Origin: Azolla caroliniana
Lineage: Eukaryota > Plantae > Polypodiophyta
DNA length: 64,000 nt
NCBI GenBank assembly: GCA_043228905.1
Contig: JBHGNT010000010.1
Span: 4,340,001 to 4,404,000 of the forward strand
Direction of reading: 5' to 3'
Each line of letters starts with the position of its first letter. The first letter of the stretch is position 1. The notes below the pieces were generated by a model, which had not been told where the DNA came from, ran no database searches, and saw only the letters and a list, made by a program, of their open reading frames with translations. This document shows, one piece after another, positions 1-14,800 of the stretch. The translations under genes and the position numbers were made by a program.

Positions 1-48
1 TGTGTAAGAGAGATCTGCTCTGTGTGTGTGTGTGTGTGTTTTATCTCA

Positions 49-115
49 ATGGACTCTTCCCAAGCAGGCTTTGATGAATACGAGGATTTTGTATGGCGAA
101 TGAATCCTCCCAGGT

Positions 116-153
<38 letters not shown>

Positions 154-2257
154 TCATATATCTGATGTCTCCCCCTTCCTCCTCTATATTATTTCTAGGG
201 TAACTGTGGACAACTTCTCCAGCAACACAGCCACTCTGCTCAAGGTATATATATCCATGCCTCAATACATGGTATGTGTGTGTGTGTGTGTGTGTGTATT
301 CTTCGTTCTTAAGGTAGTCTATCCCTGCATAAATTTTGAACGCACAGGTGGATAGCCCTAATCGACACAGCATTCTTCTTGAAGTGGTGCAAACCCTCAC
401 AGATCTTGATCTCAGAATTCACAAAGCTTACATATCCTCTGATGGTGGTTGGTTCATGGATGGTAAGTTTGTTTTGGATGTACAGTATATGTATAAAACT
501 GTCATTTTGTTTGATCTCAAACCCTGATTTAAGCTTTTGTTTTGCCAGTGTTTCATGTAACTGATACCTGTGGGAGGAAAGTTACTGATGCAGAAACCAT
601 TGCATTGATAGAAAAGGTTAAATAATTTTCATGGTTCTATTGATGTGATCAGATGATAATCAAGCGACCACGGACAAGCCCTTAGAAGATTAAACACATG
701 TGGGGATAATATGGAACTATGAATGTTTTTAATCAGGATAGAAGGAACACCCATTTGTTCGAGAATGGCCATGTGAACAGCTGTGATATGGGTGTAGACC
801 TAGGGTGGTCTAGTGCATAGATAGCTAAAACTTATTGTGGCACACACTTACATATACTTTGTGGGATATACATGTATATATGTCAATGCATGAGATGATG
901 TAAATGTGCAGGAACCAAGTTTATGTTTAGATGGTTATTTTCAAATTTGAAAAAATTAGTATTTGTTTTTTCATGTAGCGCATATGTGCTAGCCATGAGC
1001 TCTCAAGGAGAAGGGTGGGCATTCTCCCTTGTGAAGTAGAAGCTGAGCACACTGCTATAGAGCTCATTGGCACAGATAGACCAGGGCTTATGTCAGAAAT
1101 CTCAGCCCTTCTATTACATCTAAGATGTAATGTTGTTGGGGCTGAACTTTGGACACATAAGAGGCGTGTCGCTTGCTTGCTTCACGTCACAGATGAAGAA
1201 ACTGGGGGCCCTATTCAAGCACAATCAAAGCTCCAAAGAATCAAAGAGTCCCTTTGCAATGTTTTAAGAGGAGATTGCAAGGACTCTAAAGGTGTGAGAA
1301 CTGATTTTAGTACGTCTGTTACGCATACTGATCGGCGTCTCCACCAGATGATGTTTGCTGATCGAGATTATGAGTCTAGAGAAGAGGGTGAACCATCAGA
1401 GGATCGAGAGCTTAATGGGAAGATCATAGTAGAGGATTGTGATGAGAAAGGGTACTCAGTTGTCCACATTGAGTGCAGAAATCGTCCCAAGCTCGTCTTC
1501 GACACTGTTTGCACGCTGACTGACATGCAATATGTTGTTTTCCATGCCACCATTGATACAAATAGCGAGATGGCTTTTCAAGTATGTATATATAAAAAAC
1601 TGTGCTTTTCTACAGGGGTTGTTGTTGCTTCTGCTTTGAGTTTCTCTATTTATTGGGCTCATAAGAACCTGACTACTTGCTAATTAATCGATGAGTGATT
1701 TGCTAGGAGTACTATATTCGCCACATTGATGGGTGTACGCTTGACTCTGAAGCTGAGAGGAGGAGAGTTGTTCAATGTTTAAGAGCTGCTTTGCAACGCC
1801 GAGTTTCAGAGGTATTTAGCGAAATAAAAGCCTTTTAAAAGATAAAGTCGAATCGTGCTTATTGTCAATGATGTTTAAAAAGCCATATGGTCTTTCTTGT
1901 TTATGGATGTAGGGTGTGAGGCTTGAGTTGTCCACGGGAGATAGAGTTGGTCTCTTATCCGATGTGACAAGGATATTCCGTGAACATGGCCTGTCAGTTT
2001 CTAGGGCTGATGTTGCTACCAATGACAAGAAAGCCGTTAACATATTCTATGTTACAGATATGGCAGGAAATCCAGTCGATATGAAAGCGATTGAAGCTGT
2101 AAGGAAACAAATAGGGAAAACTATTCTGAAGGCCACGGAAGAGCCTCTATATCCAGCATCTGAACGACAAGAGAGGGCAAAATTCTCACTTGGGAATTTG
2201 TTTGGAATGCCATCCCAATTTCTATACAGCCTAGGGTTGATAAGGTCATACTCCTGA
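49..2257 (+). CDS. ACR: ACT domain repeat (ACR) protein, 7 exons (49-113, 199-244, 348-462, 549-616, 979-1581, 1707-1811, 1913-2257), ~448 aa
   Basis: Spliced frame gives FDEYEDFVWRMNPPRVTVDN...VDSPNRHSILLEVVQTLTDLDL...AYISSDGGWFMDVF...TAIELIGTDRPGLMSEI...NRPKLVFDTVCTLTDMQYVVFHA...EYYIRHIDG...DRVGLLSDVTRIFREHGLSV, typical plant ACR motifs. All introns GT-AG; total 1347 nt, in frame. Confidence 0.93.
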
Positions 2258-3739
2258 TAACTATGTACAAACACATTCACAAAGATACACACATACACAC
2301 ACCAATATTGATGTATAATAGCATTCATTACATCTAGAGAAGGTGCACATGCAACTGGGAAAATGGGTTCCTTTACATGGATATGTCAATCAACCATCAA
2401 GTTGGTTGGTATAGCATTCCTTCCAAATCCAAGTGTAGGTTTCTCCCAAAATTGTAGTTTCCTAATGAACCGATATTTCCCCTCATGCTGCACTCTTACA
2501 TATATACATAGGATTTATATCGAGAGGGGTATGGAGATTCATAGCTTTTATACCTATGCATGTGCAGAAATTAGGTACCTTCATTGACATAAAGAGTATT
2601 CTTGTTAAATGGAGAATCTCCAATCAATCTTGTCATATATGCAATAGTAAGTTATGGAGTTTTCTCCATTTACAAAATGATGAGTTTCCAGTACAATTGA
2701 AGGCATTATTATCCGAAAGGATTAACGATTCTATAAAGGATAGTTAACTTTGCTACTACTGCCCAACGGATTAATTTATTAATCGAAAAGAGAACCGAAG
2801 ATTTTGTGGTGTCTTTTGAGCATCCAAGATGTACATTAAAGTCTCTCATTCGGGATGCTTGGTGCAGCAACTATGCAATGAGATCTTTTGACTTGCCAAG
2901 TTAAAAAAGACAAGTTATGGTGAACTTGCATGTAAATCTGTTATTTTTGAATGGACTAGAGGTGAATATGAAGAAACAAAGGAATTGCTATCCATACTTG
3001 GTTCAATTTGTGAACATCATATCATTCTGAATGTTAATTACTTCCGTGATGCATAAATGTTCTACATTCCTGTTTTTATGCAAGTATCTAGAGGGATAGT
3101 TATGTGACCATTGCAACTCTTCAAAGCTTTACATCTCTACATATGGGGAAATTTCAGCTGCTTTGGATGCCGATCCTTTTTCTATTATTCAGGGCCACTT
3201 AGGAAAATTCATTTGCTGAGTTCTGTAATATGAAATTGCTATGGTGATATAAGTTGTTTGGCACATGAAGTCAAGGCAAGTCCTGGTGTTGGATGTATAT
3301 TTCATAGGGTTACAAGATATTTCATGATATTCAAACATATAACGTATTGTGTGCATACTTCATTCCTTGTTTTATTTCTAATGACATGTTTTAGGTTCAA
3401 GTTTTTAGCTTTGCTAAAGGAAAACAAGATCTTCTATGTTGTGTCTTTCATAATTCCATCCATACAAAGTCTACATGGTCCTCTTTATGGCCAATATTAG
3501 TTGTGATAAATATCTATTATTGTACTGACAATTGCCTCCCTAGTCTTCTCTCAAGATTTTGGGCATCAAGATTCTAGAAAAATTCTCTTCCTCCAATCCT
3601 ACTTGAAGCCAACCACAATCCAAGTTAACATGTCCTCCACAATTCGAAGCAAAAAAAAAGTGTGATTCATGAAATGGTGCATGTGGGGGCATCCAATCAT
3701 CCTTCTACATTTGTGAAATCACATCATATTCCATTCTTG

Positions 3740-3900
3740 AGTTTACAATTGCTAGTTTTCTTCTTGACAGGTTGCTAGTGCATATGATTGAGAACTTGCA
3801 ATTGCTAATTTCCTTCTAATAGCTTGCTAGTGCCCATGATTGAGAACTTGCAATTACTAATTTCCGTCTAGTAGCTTGTTAGTGTGCATGATTGATCTCA
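3740..3900. repeat. Degenerate ~53-bp tandem repeat, ~3 units
   Basis: Recurring TTGCTAGTGC.CATGATTGAGAACTTGCAATT.CTAATTTCC. Confidence 0.75.
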
Positions 3901-4460
3901 AACTTAAAAAAAACAATGAGCATTACATCATACCCTATCACTTACAACAATCCAAAAGCAACAATGTTTTCTTATTTTATCGGGTTTCGTTACTTGAATA
4001 GATTGTCGAGTGCACACTCTTGACATCCTAATAAAACACGACTACTTAACATGCACTTGTTAAAGTCCGTCTCCATTCGACATGCACAAGCTCATTTATG
4101 CAATGCTCGAGGTTTTGACCTACTTAATTAATGCCGATGCACCATACATAGGCAGTAGAGAAACCAGACATATCTCTCGATCGGATCAGATCGGATCGAT
4201 CGATCAAATGATATGTGATTGCCGATGGTGAGAAATTAGAATCGAATCTCTGGGAGGAGCTACGAGCATTGGAATGATGATTCTGCGCGGTGTGGATGGA
4301 CATGTTGAGGTCTTATCTGAAAGCTCCCCCCCATCTGTGATTGGTCCAACTATGTGAATGCATACCCAAAAAGAATACTCAGAACAGAGTGATTTGGATA
4401 TGGTGGCCATGTGAGAAGCTCACCTCCAAATTCCTCTGCATAAACCCTACTTTTTCTTAA

Positions 4461-4511
<51 letters not shown>

Positions 4512-4517
4512 AGAGAG

Positions 4518-6888
4518 ATGACCCCACTCGCATTTTCTCCTCTCTCTTCCTCTTCTTTTGCAGCAGTTTCTTCACAATCCTCATCCCACTTCAGGTATTA
4601 TTGTACATTCTTTTCTGTTTTTCTTTTTAGCTTCTCTGATGCATATGCATGTATAGAACGTAATTCTGGACGGCATTGAGCGTAATTTAGTATTCTTCTT
4701 CTTCTTCTTCTTCTTCTTGAACAGATGTAATGGAAGTAGGAACTTCTTTATACGGGAATCTTTGAATGGAGGTAGACAGAGTGACATGAGCAAAAAGACA
4801 TTGTTTGTGAGGGCAGAAATAAAATATGTTGATCCAGCCGGGGCAAAGAAGCTAGTTGTAGAGGAAGGCTATACTGTTTTGGATATCAGAGATAGAGTTC
4901 AATATGAGAAAGCTCACATTGTTCCTAGTGTCCATATTCCGGTTTATATTGAGAACACAGACAACGACATCGGTATGTATGATGATTGTTGCAAACATTT
5001 GATCTCATACCATCCCTTGACATTTCCATTTTTCATGTCTTTCATGATTGCTAATAAGTTGGATAAAAACATAATGCAGATGTTTCCATCCTTTTTCAAT
5101 TTCTTTTGCATGTCAAATAACATGGGTCTTAACATAGATGTTTCCATTTTTTTCAATCTCCTTTGCTTTCTTTGCATTGCAAATAATATGAACAATAAAG
5201 AAAGTGTTTCAATTTTATTAGAATCCCCTGCACATAACATGGATAATAACATAGGTGTTTCCATTTTACTAATTTATGGATTCCAGATAACATGGGGGTT
5301 TTTATATGTGAAGCTTTAGTACTAGATCATTAGTGAATCTTCACTACAAGATCATCAGCGAATCTTTACTACTGCACAACAGTGAAGATTTTCTGTTCGC
5401 ATCATGTTGGGGAGCTATATGCTCATGTTTTAAGACATCCATCACAGGCAAGGGCTCACTATAGACACTAAATTGCAGGTACAATCATAAACAGAACCTT
5501 GCACAACAATTTTTCTGGTCTATTTTATGGTCTAGCATTCACAAAACCCAATCCAGATTTCCTTTCATCGGTGGAAAAGAAATTTTCCAAAGATAGCAAA
5601 CTCATTCTTGTTTGCCAAGAAGGTCTAAGGTGAGGAATCAGAATCAGGATGGTAATGACACATAATATCTTGATATAATAAATTATAGCAAATTGTAAAC
5701 GACTCATGTATGTTTGCCTTATATGCATTTTATACCAGTCTCTCTAATCTTATTATATGCATTGGTATACCAGACACTGTTATGCTCATATATTTGTACA
5801 TTAGTATACAGACTCTTTAAAGCTGATATATTATTGCATTATATGTAATATCATACTAAATTCTCAATGCTAACATATTTATGCATTATATGCACATTGC
5901 ATACCAGACTCTACCATGTCAACATATTTTTGTATTCTATGTGTTATTATACCAGTCTTTTTAATACTATCATTTGCACAGATCTGGGGCTGCAGCGGAA
6001 AAGCTTGATGCTGCTGGGTTTCAAAATTTAGCTTATATTGCATCAGGCTTACAGAAAGCAAATCCAGGTTGGAGTCTTGTGCAAGAGTTTTGAGTATGTA
6101 ACCTTGTTGGTTTATGTAACACTTTCTTTTTCTTTCTTGTTAGGGCTTTTTGATAAAGAAGGACCTAAGGAACTGCAAGATGCCGGTAAAGGAGGATTGG
6201 TTGTAATCCAGGGGAAGATTTCTATAGTCCTTGGAACAATTCTCATCAGTACGTATCTTCAATTAACTGACACAAAACACTGACATGCTAACGCCATTTC
6301 CTTTACTCATCATATAAGATACTTAACCCATTCAATCTAACAAAACATTGTTTCTATTTAACTTGTTTAATTTCTTAACTTAAAACATGTAAAAGTGACG
6401 GCCTAGTGGAAAACATCAAGGTTGTGCATCTCTCTAGAAATTCTTATATTTTTAGTTTGGGACCACCACTCTAAACCAAAAAATATTGTTTTTCAAATCA
6501 CTTTCCAGAAACCAAGGGTTAAAAACAGAGTATCGTTACATTAACACTAACAGCTTGTCCTTGCAAATTTGATAGTTGAGAGGAAATTGAACAAATATAA
6601 TATGAAACTAACGTAGGTTACATATGTTCTCAATTTTTTCACATCCCTTTTATGTAAGGGTCTGAAAGTTACAATGATGAATCTTGTATGGTTGGATTTC
6701 TTGACTTTGACATTCATGGTTTCTGTGATGTGCTTAGGTTAATATAGTTTCCTTCATGATAGAGTCGTAAATCTTTCTCTAATGGTTACATTGCTAATTT
6801 GATCTGTTTTTACATGTGTGCAGTTGCATATCTATTCATAACATTTTTCCCGGATCTGGCAGAGCAGTTATTTTTCTTAAGTAAATAG
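4518..6888 (+). CDS. STR11: Rhodanese-like domain protein, STR11-like, probably chloroplastic; 6 exons (4518-4594, 4725-4972, 5479-5629, 5982-6067, 6144-6248, 6824-6888), ~243 aa
   Basis: AEIKYVDPAGAKKLVVEEGYTVLDIRDRVQYEKAHI...HNNFSGLFYGLAFTKPNPDF...LILVCQEGLRSGAAAEKL...GPKELQDAGKGGLVVIQGKISIVLGTILIIAYLFITFFPDLAEQLF. Ser-rich N-terminus; 732 nt in frame. Confidence 0.88.
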
Positions 6889-8139
6889 AGCTATGAAGGA
6901 TTGTGGAAGGGGAACGAACACCCAAGTTTATGTAGGCAAACCGATACACGTTCTTTTTTTAGCTGGAGAAGTGGCTAACTGAAATACCTGACATATAACT
7001 CTGGTTTCATCCCTGTTTTAGTTGTATCATAAAATGTTAGCTATGAGTATAAAACAGCACTTTAATTTACCCACTTTTTGCACCGCAGTACAGGTATAAT
7101 TCCCTAGATATCAACTTCTCTGTTTAGTTTATATGAAATAAAAGGAATTTTATAAATTTGAACGCCAAATACCATATCATGCCACTTATATAATCAGTTC
7201 AGGCCCTGCCAAAAAATTAATTGTGAGCTCCAAAGTGCTAAAAAGACTCAAAAGCTTCACACCGTATAGTGAGAACTGGTAACAATGGAAATTGGCACAA
7301 GAAAAGAAGACTTCATAGGTAATGGAAGAGTTTTCATTAAGAAATAATTCTATCCAAAGATTCTACATCAGAAGAGTTAATGTTTTACCCATGTTAAGAA
7401 TTAATCAACCCTTGACATTGTTACCATTGTGCAATTTTCTATTCAATTAAATTTGGAAGTTTAAGATTAAGATTATTGGATTCATGCATATTATGTGATG
7501 TTGTACATGTAGAATCAAATGATAGGATTCCATGTTTTCAAAGGACCAAACACAATGTTCATGACTCATCAATTACAGTGATGAGTGAAATTTTGTCTCT
7601 GCCTTGTTGAATGCTGACAATTTAGTGGCTTGAATGAAACAATCATATGTAGAGATTGGCTTGAATATCTCAATCATCTACTTTGGCACTTCTGGAATCA
7701 AAATTTGAAGCAACTTTACAATGCATTTAAATGTCAAACCAAATGATCATTATATTTTTTATAAACAAAGGCTCTAATCAACAGAATTCTTTATTTTATG
7801 CTATCTAGGCAAAGACATATGAACCACCAGGATGAAAAGCAAAAATCAGCATTAAATGCTGCCAAAGGTTTCAACAACAAAAACCTTGCATTATGCTACT
7901 AAATGAATGAGAAGTATTTAATCATCTGTATCCTTCACCCTTGTGTATTTTAGTAAAAATGTTGGCTAAATTCCCAGACAATGTGCATATATCATATTAT
8001 TCTGTTGGGTGGTGTTAATACATCTGGTAGAGCAAATACGTGAGCTTGAATACTGCAAAATTTCTCTTAGAACAGTATAATTGTGTTTTCTGTAAACACC
8101 TCATGGTAAACAAAAATATATCTTCAGTGGACAGTTTTC

Positions 8140-8260
8140 AAAAAACACTGAGGATCACAAGAGTGGATGCCATTAATAAGTACCTAATGTAGACTACAGA
8201 AAAAACACCGAGGATCACAAGAGAGGATGCCATTAATAGTACCTAATGTAGAGTACAGAA
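8140..8260. repeat. ~58-bp tandem duplication
   Basis: AAAAAACAC.GAGGATCACAAGAG.GGATGCCATTAATA(A)GTACCTAATGTAGA.TACAG occurs twice. Confidence 0.85.
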
Positions 8261-8888
8261 AATAAGAGGGCACTGTTTTCTTACATCATTAGCTCTTAAT
8301 GGTATCCTTTATCATTTGATCTTAAAACCCCATTTCCTACTATTTGCATACTTTATTATCACCACAAAAATGCATTGTCCATGACATTGAAAGCAACATG
8401 CTCCACAGTCTTCCAAGTACAATATTTGATACTCATCTTCACATATACATGGAATGAGACATATTGGCAAACTACACTTTGATTTCACCTATTATGTATG
8501 TGCATTAGACCTCAACAACATATAAAATACATGACTCAAGTGGTGATAATACGGTCACATGGGCTGAACTTTTAAATTTTATGAATACACTTAAGAATAT
8601 AAATTTAATACGTTTTTGTAAAGAAAAAACATATAGAGAGTGCTCATGACTGCAGCTTTCCTACTGATCACCAGTACTATATATGAACCTCATTGACCGA
8701 TAATTAGATAAAGAATTAATCACAAAACTGTAGTATTCCTGATTGAAGTAGCCTGATTTGAGTGTAGAAACTCAAAATATGAGGGAAGCCTTTTACAATG
8801 TACATGTAGATATGTGGGTGACCTAAGAAAAAAGGAAATAAAACTATGCAAGCTTTCTCCTCTCGAAGCTACACACAATAAAACACCA

Positions 8889-11800
8889 TCACTGAGATTC
8901 AACATGATGAAGATACAGACCAAGTCCAAACCTTGCACATGCTCGAACAAAAGCTATGGCTTCTGCTTGTTGTGTTGGGTCACCTGTATTTACATCAGAA
9001 GTACAGATAGTGCCTGATGCCTCACGAAACGCCTGTTTGGAAATCACAAGTTAATACGGAGTAAACACTAAGCCCACTTTCACTTTTATTACTTTCATAG
9101 AACAGATACCCATTCATAAGACCATTTTTTCTTTTAAATAGAGGAAATGTTCTGAAGAAGCAGCTCTCCAACAAATGCTGATGACAAAATAATTGACATA
9201 TAAATACCTGATACACGTTTTCAGAGCTAAAATGACCTATGAGACCAGAAGTTACATACATGTGAATTTTATAGAAAAATGGCCAAGCAGAAAATCAAAC
9301 CAAGTTGAGGGCAGAAAATCATCGGTTCAGCCTTTACATCCCATACAGTTATCCAGAAAATTGGTGGGATATCAAACCAAGGGTAATAAGAAGATAGCTT
9401 ATCACTCTCTTATAGCCATAAACAAAAAGAAAAAAAAGAAAGGAAAAAAGAGACTACAAATCATAAAGGATAAGTATATAGACCATTAACTAATGAAGGA
9501 AAGGGAACTTTGAATCTATGGACTGTTACAATGAAAATCTAGCACAACACTATTACTAGCATTTAACAATAGTATGGAAGCACTGTTTATAAGTTAAAAC
9601 AATCTAGATGCGCATCAGGTGACATATTCTCCTTTTTCCACTTATGGGGGATTGATTACCATTTCAGGCAACCAAGGGGGAGGGTGGGAGTTAAATTCCC
9701 GACCTATTACTTATAGGGCAAGGGGGGTGAATAAACATACTATGGGATATGATTCATCCTACCCAATTCTCAATGCTTTCTTCTATTCCTCGCAGCTCTT
9801 CGCTAATGATTTCAGCTCTTCCCAGGTATTCTCGGCAAAATTTCCCGAATTCTATTCTCTGAGAATATTGATGGCTTTCAGTTTCTAAACCCGACCTTAT
9901 ATTACTCTATTGTTTCTGATCTGTTTCTGATCTTGTATTCGTACATCAATTAAGCTGACATAAAAATTTCAATATCAAGCTAATGGTCTCACCATTGTCT
10001 GTTTCCTTACTTCATCACTGCACAAGAGGTTCTACATCATTCCAAAATGAAGAATTCACATTTTTGCACTATATAGCTATTTTCATAACCTTATGCATGA
10101 CACAATGCAAATAAGTTCAAAGAAGAAATACTATTGAGTAACAATTCTAAGGTGGAACCACCTGAATTCCGACAGTGCGGGGTCAAATTTACAACCTGAC
10201 TTTTGTTATGCTAATGAAAGATTTGTAGTTTGTAATGACACAACTGGCATCATGTAAAGTTACAACGCATCATTAAAATTGAAAAACATTTCTGTACAAG
10301 AAAACAAAATATGAAGCATAGACATATGGTAAAAAGCCCAACCTCTCCATCAGAACCTCTTATTGTAACACGGTATATAACAGTGACAAATTTTCCATCT
10401 GCAGAGAATGTAATATCACGAACTTCACCGCACCAACCTGTACAAAAATTCAGATTGAATATATTTTACATTCATAATACATCATTTTCTGATATTGATA
10501 AATAACAATTCAAAGCCGACCTGGAGCATAGAAACTGAGCATCCTATTAGCTTGGTACCTGAAAATTGGTTCACAGAATACTCTCAATTGTTAAGCCCTT
10601 AACTGATAACATTCTTGAAGCTTGATCAAACCACACCTATATAAGCAACATTGCATTCCAAATAGATACACACAAAGTTTTACAATGCATTATAATACTA
10701 GTGGGAAACATTAAAATGAGGTTAAGTTTCCCACTTTGGATTTAGTGAGAGAGATAATAAATATCATAGGGCTGTTGGAGGGATCACGATTGCCACTACT
10801 TGGGTCTTTAAAACATTAAGATGCATTCTCAAGAAAATATCACATAGAAGCAACACAATTTGACCAAACCCAAACAGAAGAGTACTTCTCAACATACAGA
10901 CAATAGATATCAACAAAATACAATGTTAAATTCAGAGTGCAACGGATTTGATACCAGTCTCCTCCTGTAAGAAACCTTTTGTCACATCACACAATACATA
11001 CTTGAAGCCTCTCAACTCCAGGCGTAGTTGAGGGTCCATGTAATTCTATGCACATACGTAGCCATAAATGAGAATACATGAGCTTGATTGGTGATATGCA
11101 ATTATGAACTATCTCTGGAACTAGAATGATGCTCAGATCCCACAAGTCCAATTTTGTATCATGTAAGGGATCGTTGGGCATCAGTGGGTGTGAATTATAT
11201 ATAGTGTGTTTATTAGGTGGGAGGAATAGTACAGAATAGGACATAAAGGTCCCTTGAATAGGATGGACATCATTTTACGGCTGACAGCAAACTTTGTCAC
11301 TTGGCCAATGTACGTACCTTTCATTCCAAACCACGGGATGGTGACCCACCAAACAACTATAAATATCTGCCAATGTAACACCGACAAAATGGGAAGAAAG
11401 TTGAAATTTTAAGCTTGATAATTTATTCTGCAGAAACCTATTCTGTCTGGTATACTATAATAAAGGGCAACTTTCCCTTCTTTTATATCGTGCTTTTTGG
11501 TTTTATTTCATGTTTTTGATTAACTGAGAGGGAGAGCACTCATAAAATGTTACGTTAGACTAAGTGTGTGGTGTAATGTATATAATCTCATGGTGTGGAG
11601 GTCATAAGTAGTAAGATGGGATGATCAGCATACTGGTGAGCAATTCCCCACTGCATTGCTAAGCACCACTTAGCTTGGGGTACAGTAAAACCGTCAAGGC
11701 TGTGAAACTCATAAGGATGTGAAAAAGCACAATGAGAGGCAAAGGTAAGATGTCTAAGTGTTCTGTCAAGCGTGATGGCACTCAAGCAGCCCCTATAAAC

Positions 11801-14800
11801 CTCCTGGTCACACCATAAGTGAGGTATCTTTCAGGTATAGTAATTATTTAGCTGGTAGTTAGCATTTGAGCAGGTACAAAGAAAGAAAGAGTTGTAAGCA
11901 CAAGGTCAGGAATACACCAACCAAAACTAAACTGAGTCTGAGGTCAAAGCTGTGAGTTTCGGCCGGTGTATTCCTGCTGGAGTTCTTTGATGCGTCTGCC
12001 TGGAGTAGGTGAAGTTCTGGTGCATCACTGGCCTATTCTTACCAGAATCTTTGATTGCTGCCAGCAATCTCTCACCAGCATACTTCTAATTGACATCGGG
12101 ATGTTTCCTGCTGTGTCTAGAGCCATCATTTTGGAAGTCTCCAATGGTTGTTTCAAAGGCTTTGACCAATTTCTGCTCATGCTCACAGGGACGCTCTATC
12201 CCCCGTAGAACACACCACCACAGGAAAACTGCTACACTGTCAATCAGGCACCAGAGCCATGCAGTGGAGCAAACTAGTTGGGTTGTCCTCACTCCAGCCA
12301 CATTGGCCACGTTGGCAGTGGTTTGCAATTCTTCCTGTGACCTCCTGGAGTCAGTTTACAAGGTTGACATGTGCATAACAAAGGTTCTTCTGCTTTCTTC
12401 AAAGGCCTTGATTTTTGTGTGTGCCACCAGAAGGTTTGCCTGAGTGAGCTGCAGTTTACATTCTGCAATCAGGCATGTGCGGAGGAGCAACTGCTCCATG
12501 GGGATGCCACCAATCATGATCTTGGCATGTTGGTGTGCCACCACGGCCAGCATGCTTTGGGATTACTGAATTCCTTTTTTTAAACAGTAAACAAACCATT
12601 TCTGTGACCATTGTTGCAGAAGGCACAGCCATAACTTTGATTACGATGGAGATATGGTCAGCAGCGATGATGGTGGACGGATCCTCTGCCCAGGACTCTA
12701 AGCAATCCCTGGCTGGGGGTGAGGGGGTTGCTTGGCCATATTCAGCACCTTGGGGGCTGGTGCTGTCTTGGAGATGGGCTTTGGGGCAGGCCTAGCTGGC
12801 AGTGGTAGTGCCACAGTCAAGGTCGCTTCCTGGGGTGCAAACAGGGATGCAAAAGTTTTGAGATGGCAGCCCAGGCTGAAGATGGGGGTACTGAATCTGT
12901 CACAGCAGCTGTTTGAGGTGGGGATGGGCGTGGTGAAGTAGCAGTGCTGGGGGCCATATGTTCCTCAGGTGGCCTGAACAGGGACCCTGGCCTGTCTTTG
13001 GCAAGGGCGCAGCCAACATGGAACAGCCATTTATGCAGTAGGCAGAGAGGGTGGGCAGGGTAACTCTCCTGGTTCCTCCACACGAAGACGCTTCTTGGCC
13101 TTGCAGCTTTAGGGGAAACAACACCCTTACCCAACGGGGAACCATCATCTCCGTGTCAGCTCCATGGTGCCATCTTGGGGTAGGCGCACCAACCTGGAGA
13201 TGCCACAGCAGATCAGCAGCTCTAGCTCAGGATCCCAGCACAACTTCACAGTTCATGGGTGGGGCAGCATCTCAGCTACCCGAATGAGGCTATCAAATCT
13301 TTAGAAGCCAGTCATCGAGAACTTTGGAGAGGAGGTTGTCGCATGTCAGAGGGGGGGAATAGCGGGAACATGGAAAGAAACAGAGAACAAGTGCTCAAGA
13401 AATAAAATGTGCATGCAATCCTCTCCTTGAGAGGGGCAGATACTGAAAATAGCAGGTGAAGACAACAAGCTCGATATGTGAAAGAAACTGAAACACCTGA
13501 ACATGAAGATGAACTGTAGATGTAAAGATATACACCATCCTATATAGAGGGTGAGCATCCTTAGTGACTAGTACAATATGTTATAAGCTGGAAATGTTCG
13601 AACCTTATGAGACGTGACAATGAGAATGAGAAACATGAAAATTATTAACAGGGCACATTTATAAAAAATGATAACCAACCATGAAAAGGTGTCAAACCCA
13701 GTTTTCTGATAAAAAATGTACCATGACAAGCCATATTTGATTCAGCCAAAACATCTTGAGCAATCCAACATAGATATTTATAATTTGGACTGATTATAGT
13801 CTTGTACTTATTACTATGATAAAAGGTCATAATGGATGACAATGGCACACCATTCTACTCCATACCAAACGGAAAAAATATGAACAAATGTGAAATGATT
13901 TAAGCATGATGACATGCAACGCACACAAACTGATGTACATCAATCATTCCGAAAGCAATAAACTCTTAAGAATCATAGCCATGATGAAAAACTACCAACC
14001 AGATGGTGGAAAACCAAAACTTACTCAGAAAAACACAGTTGAAAAAACATGTCCTCTAACAAAAATTGATTAACAAGTCCACTCGAGTCTGTTTCCTTCC
14101 TCACCAAAATTAGAGGAAGAGAAATTTCCTTGAATATCGTTTATCAAGAATCCATATAGGCATATGCAAATATTCCACTCATCATTCACATTCAATCTGC
14201 AACATTCCCATCTTATGGACATCATCTCTCTGGCTGTTGGCTTGGTGGTTCACATCATAACATCAAAATCATAAAATTGAGAGAACCAAGTTTGATCCTT
14301 GCCAAGGGCTAGGCGTGTCTTATAGATTGCAAAAGGTCTCCTCTAGATGTTAAAAAGATATCTATCTATCTAACTATGTATCGGTAGATCAGAGAAAAAA
14401 ATCTCTCGAGCTCACCTAGCTATAGTCTAAAATTGAGCAAGAATTTCAACCTTATCAAGGTCAATGTCCAGTAATCCCATGTTATGCAGTGTTCATTAGG
14501 ATTATTTGCGTGATCAAGTACCACATCAGTAGATCGGCAAAGAGAAATACACGGCATGAACTCTCATTAATTTAAGGAATGTCACAAATGAGAAGAAGAA
14601 AAAGAAAAAATAGAAAAACAAAACTACTATGACGCAGACCCTTGTGTTTTCACTGTCAAAAGTAGATCTTATTTTTCCTCATAACTATGACTTGGATTCA
14701 TAACACATTCATTCTTTAAAAAAGACGATGCCAAGGGATATATTTCTGATACCTATATCCTTTTCTCATCATAAGATCATATTTTTTCCTTATACTCGAG

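Noticed and set aside
41-400. 119-aa minus-strand ORF, and similar ERERER/SLSLSL/THTHTH ORFs at 35319, 40050, 40195 and 40248
   Set aside because: Produced by dinucleotide microsatellites or antisense to real exons
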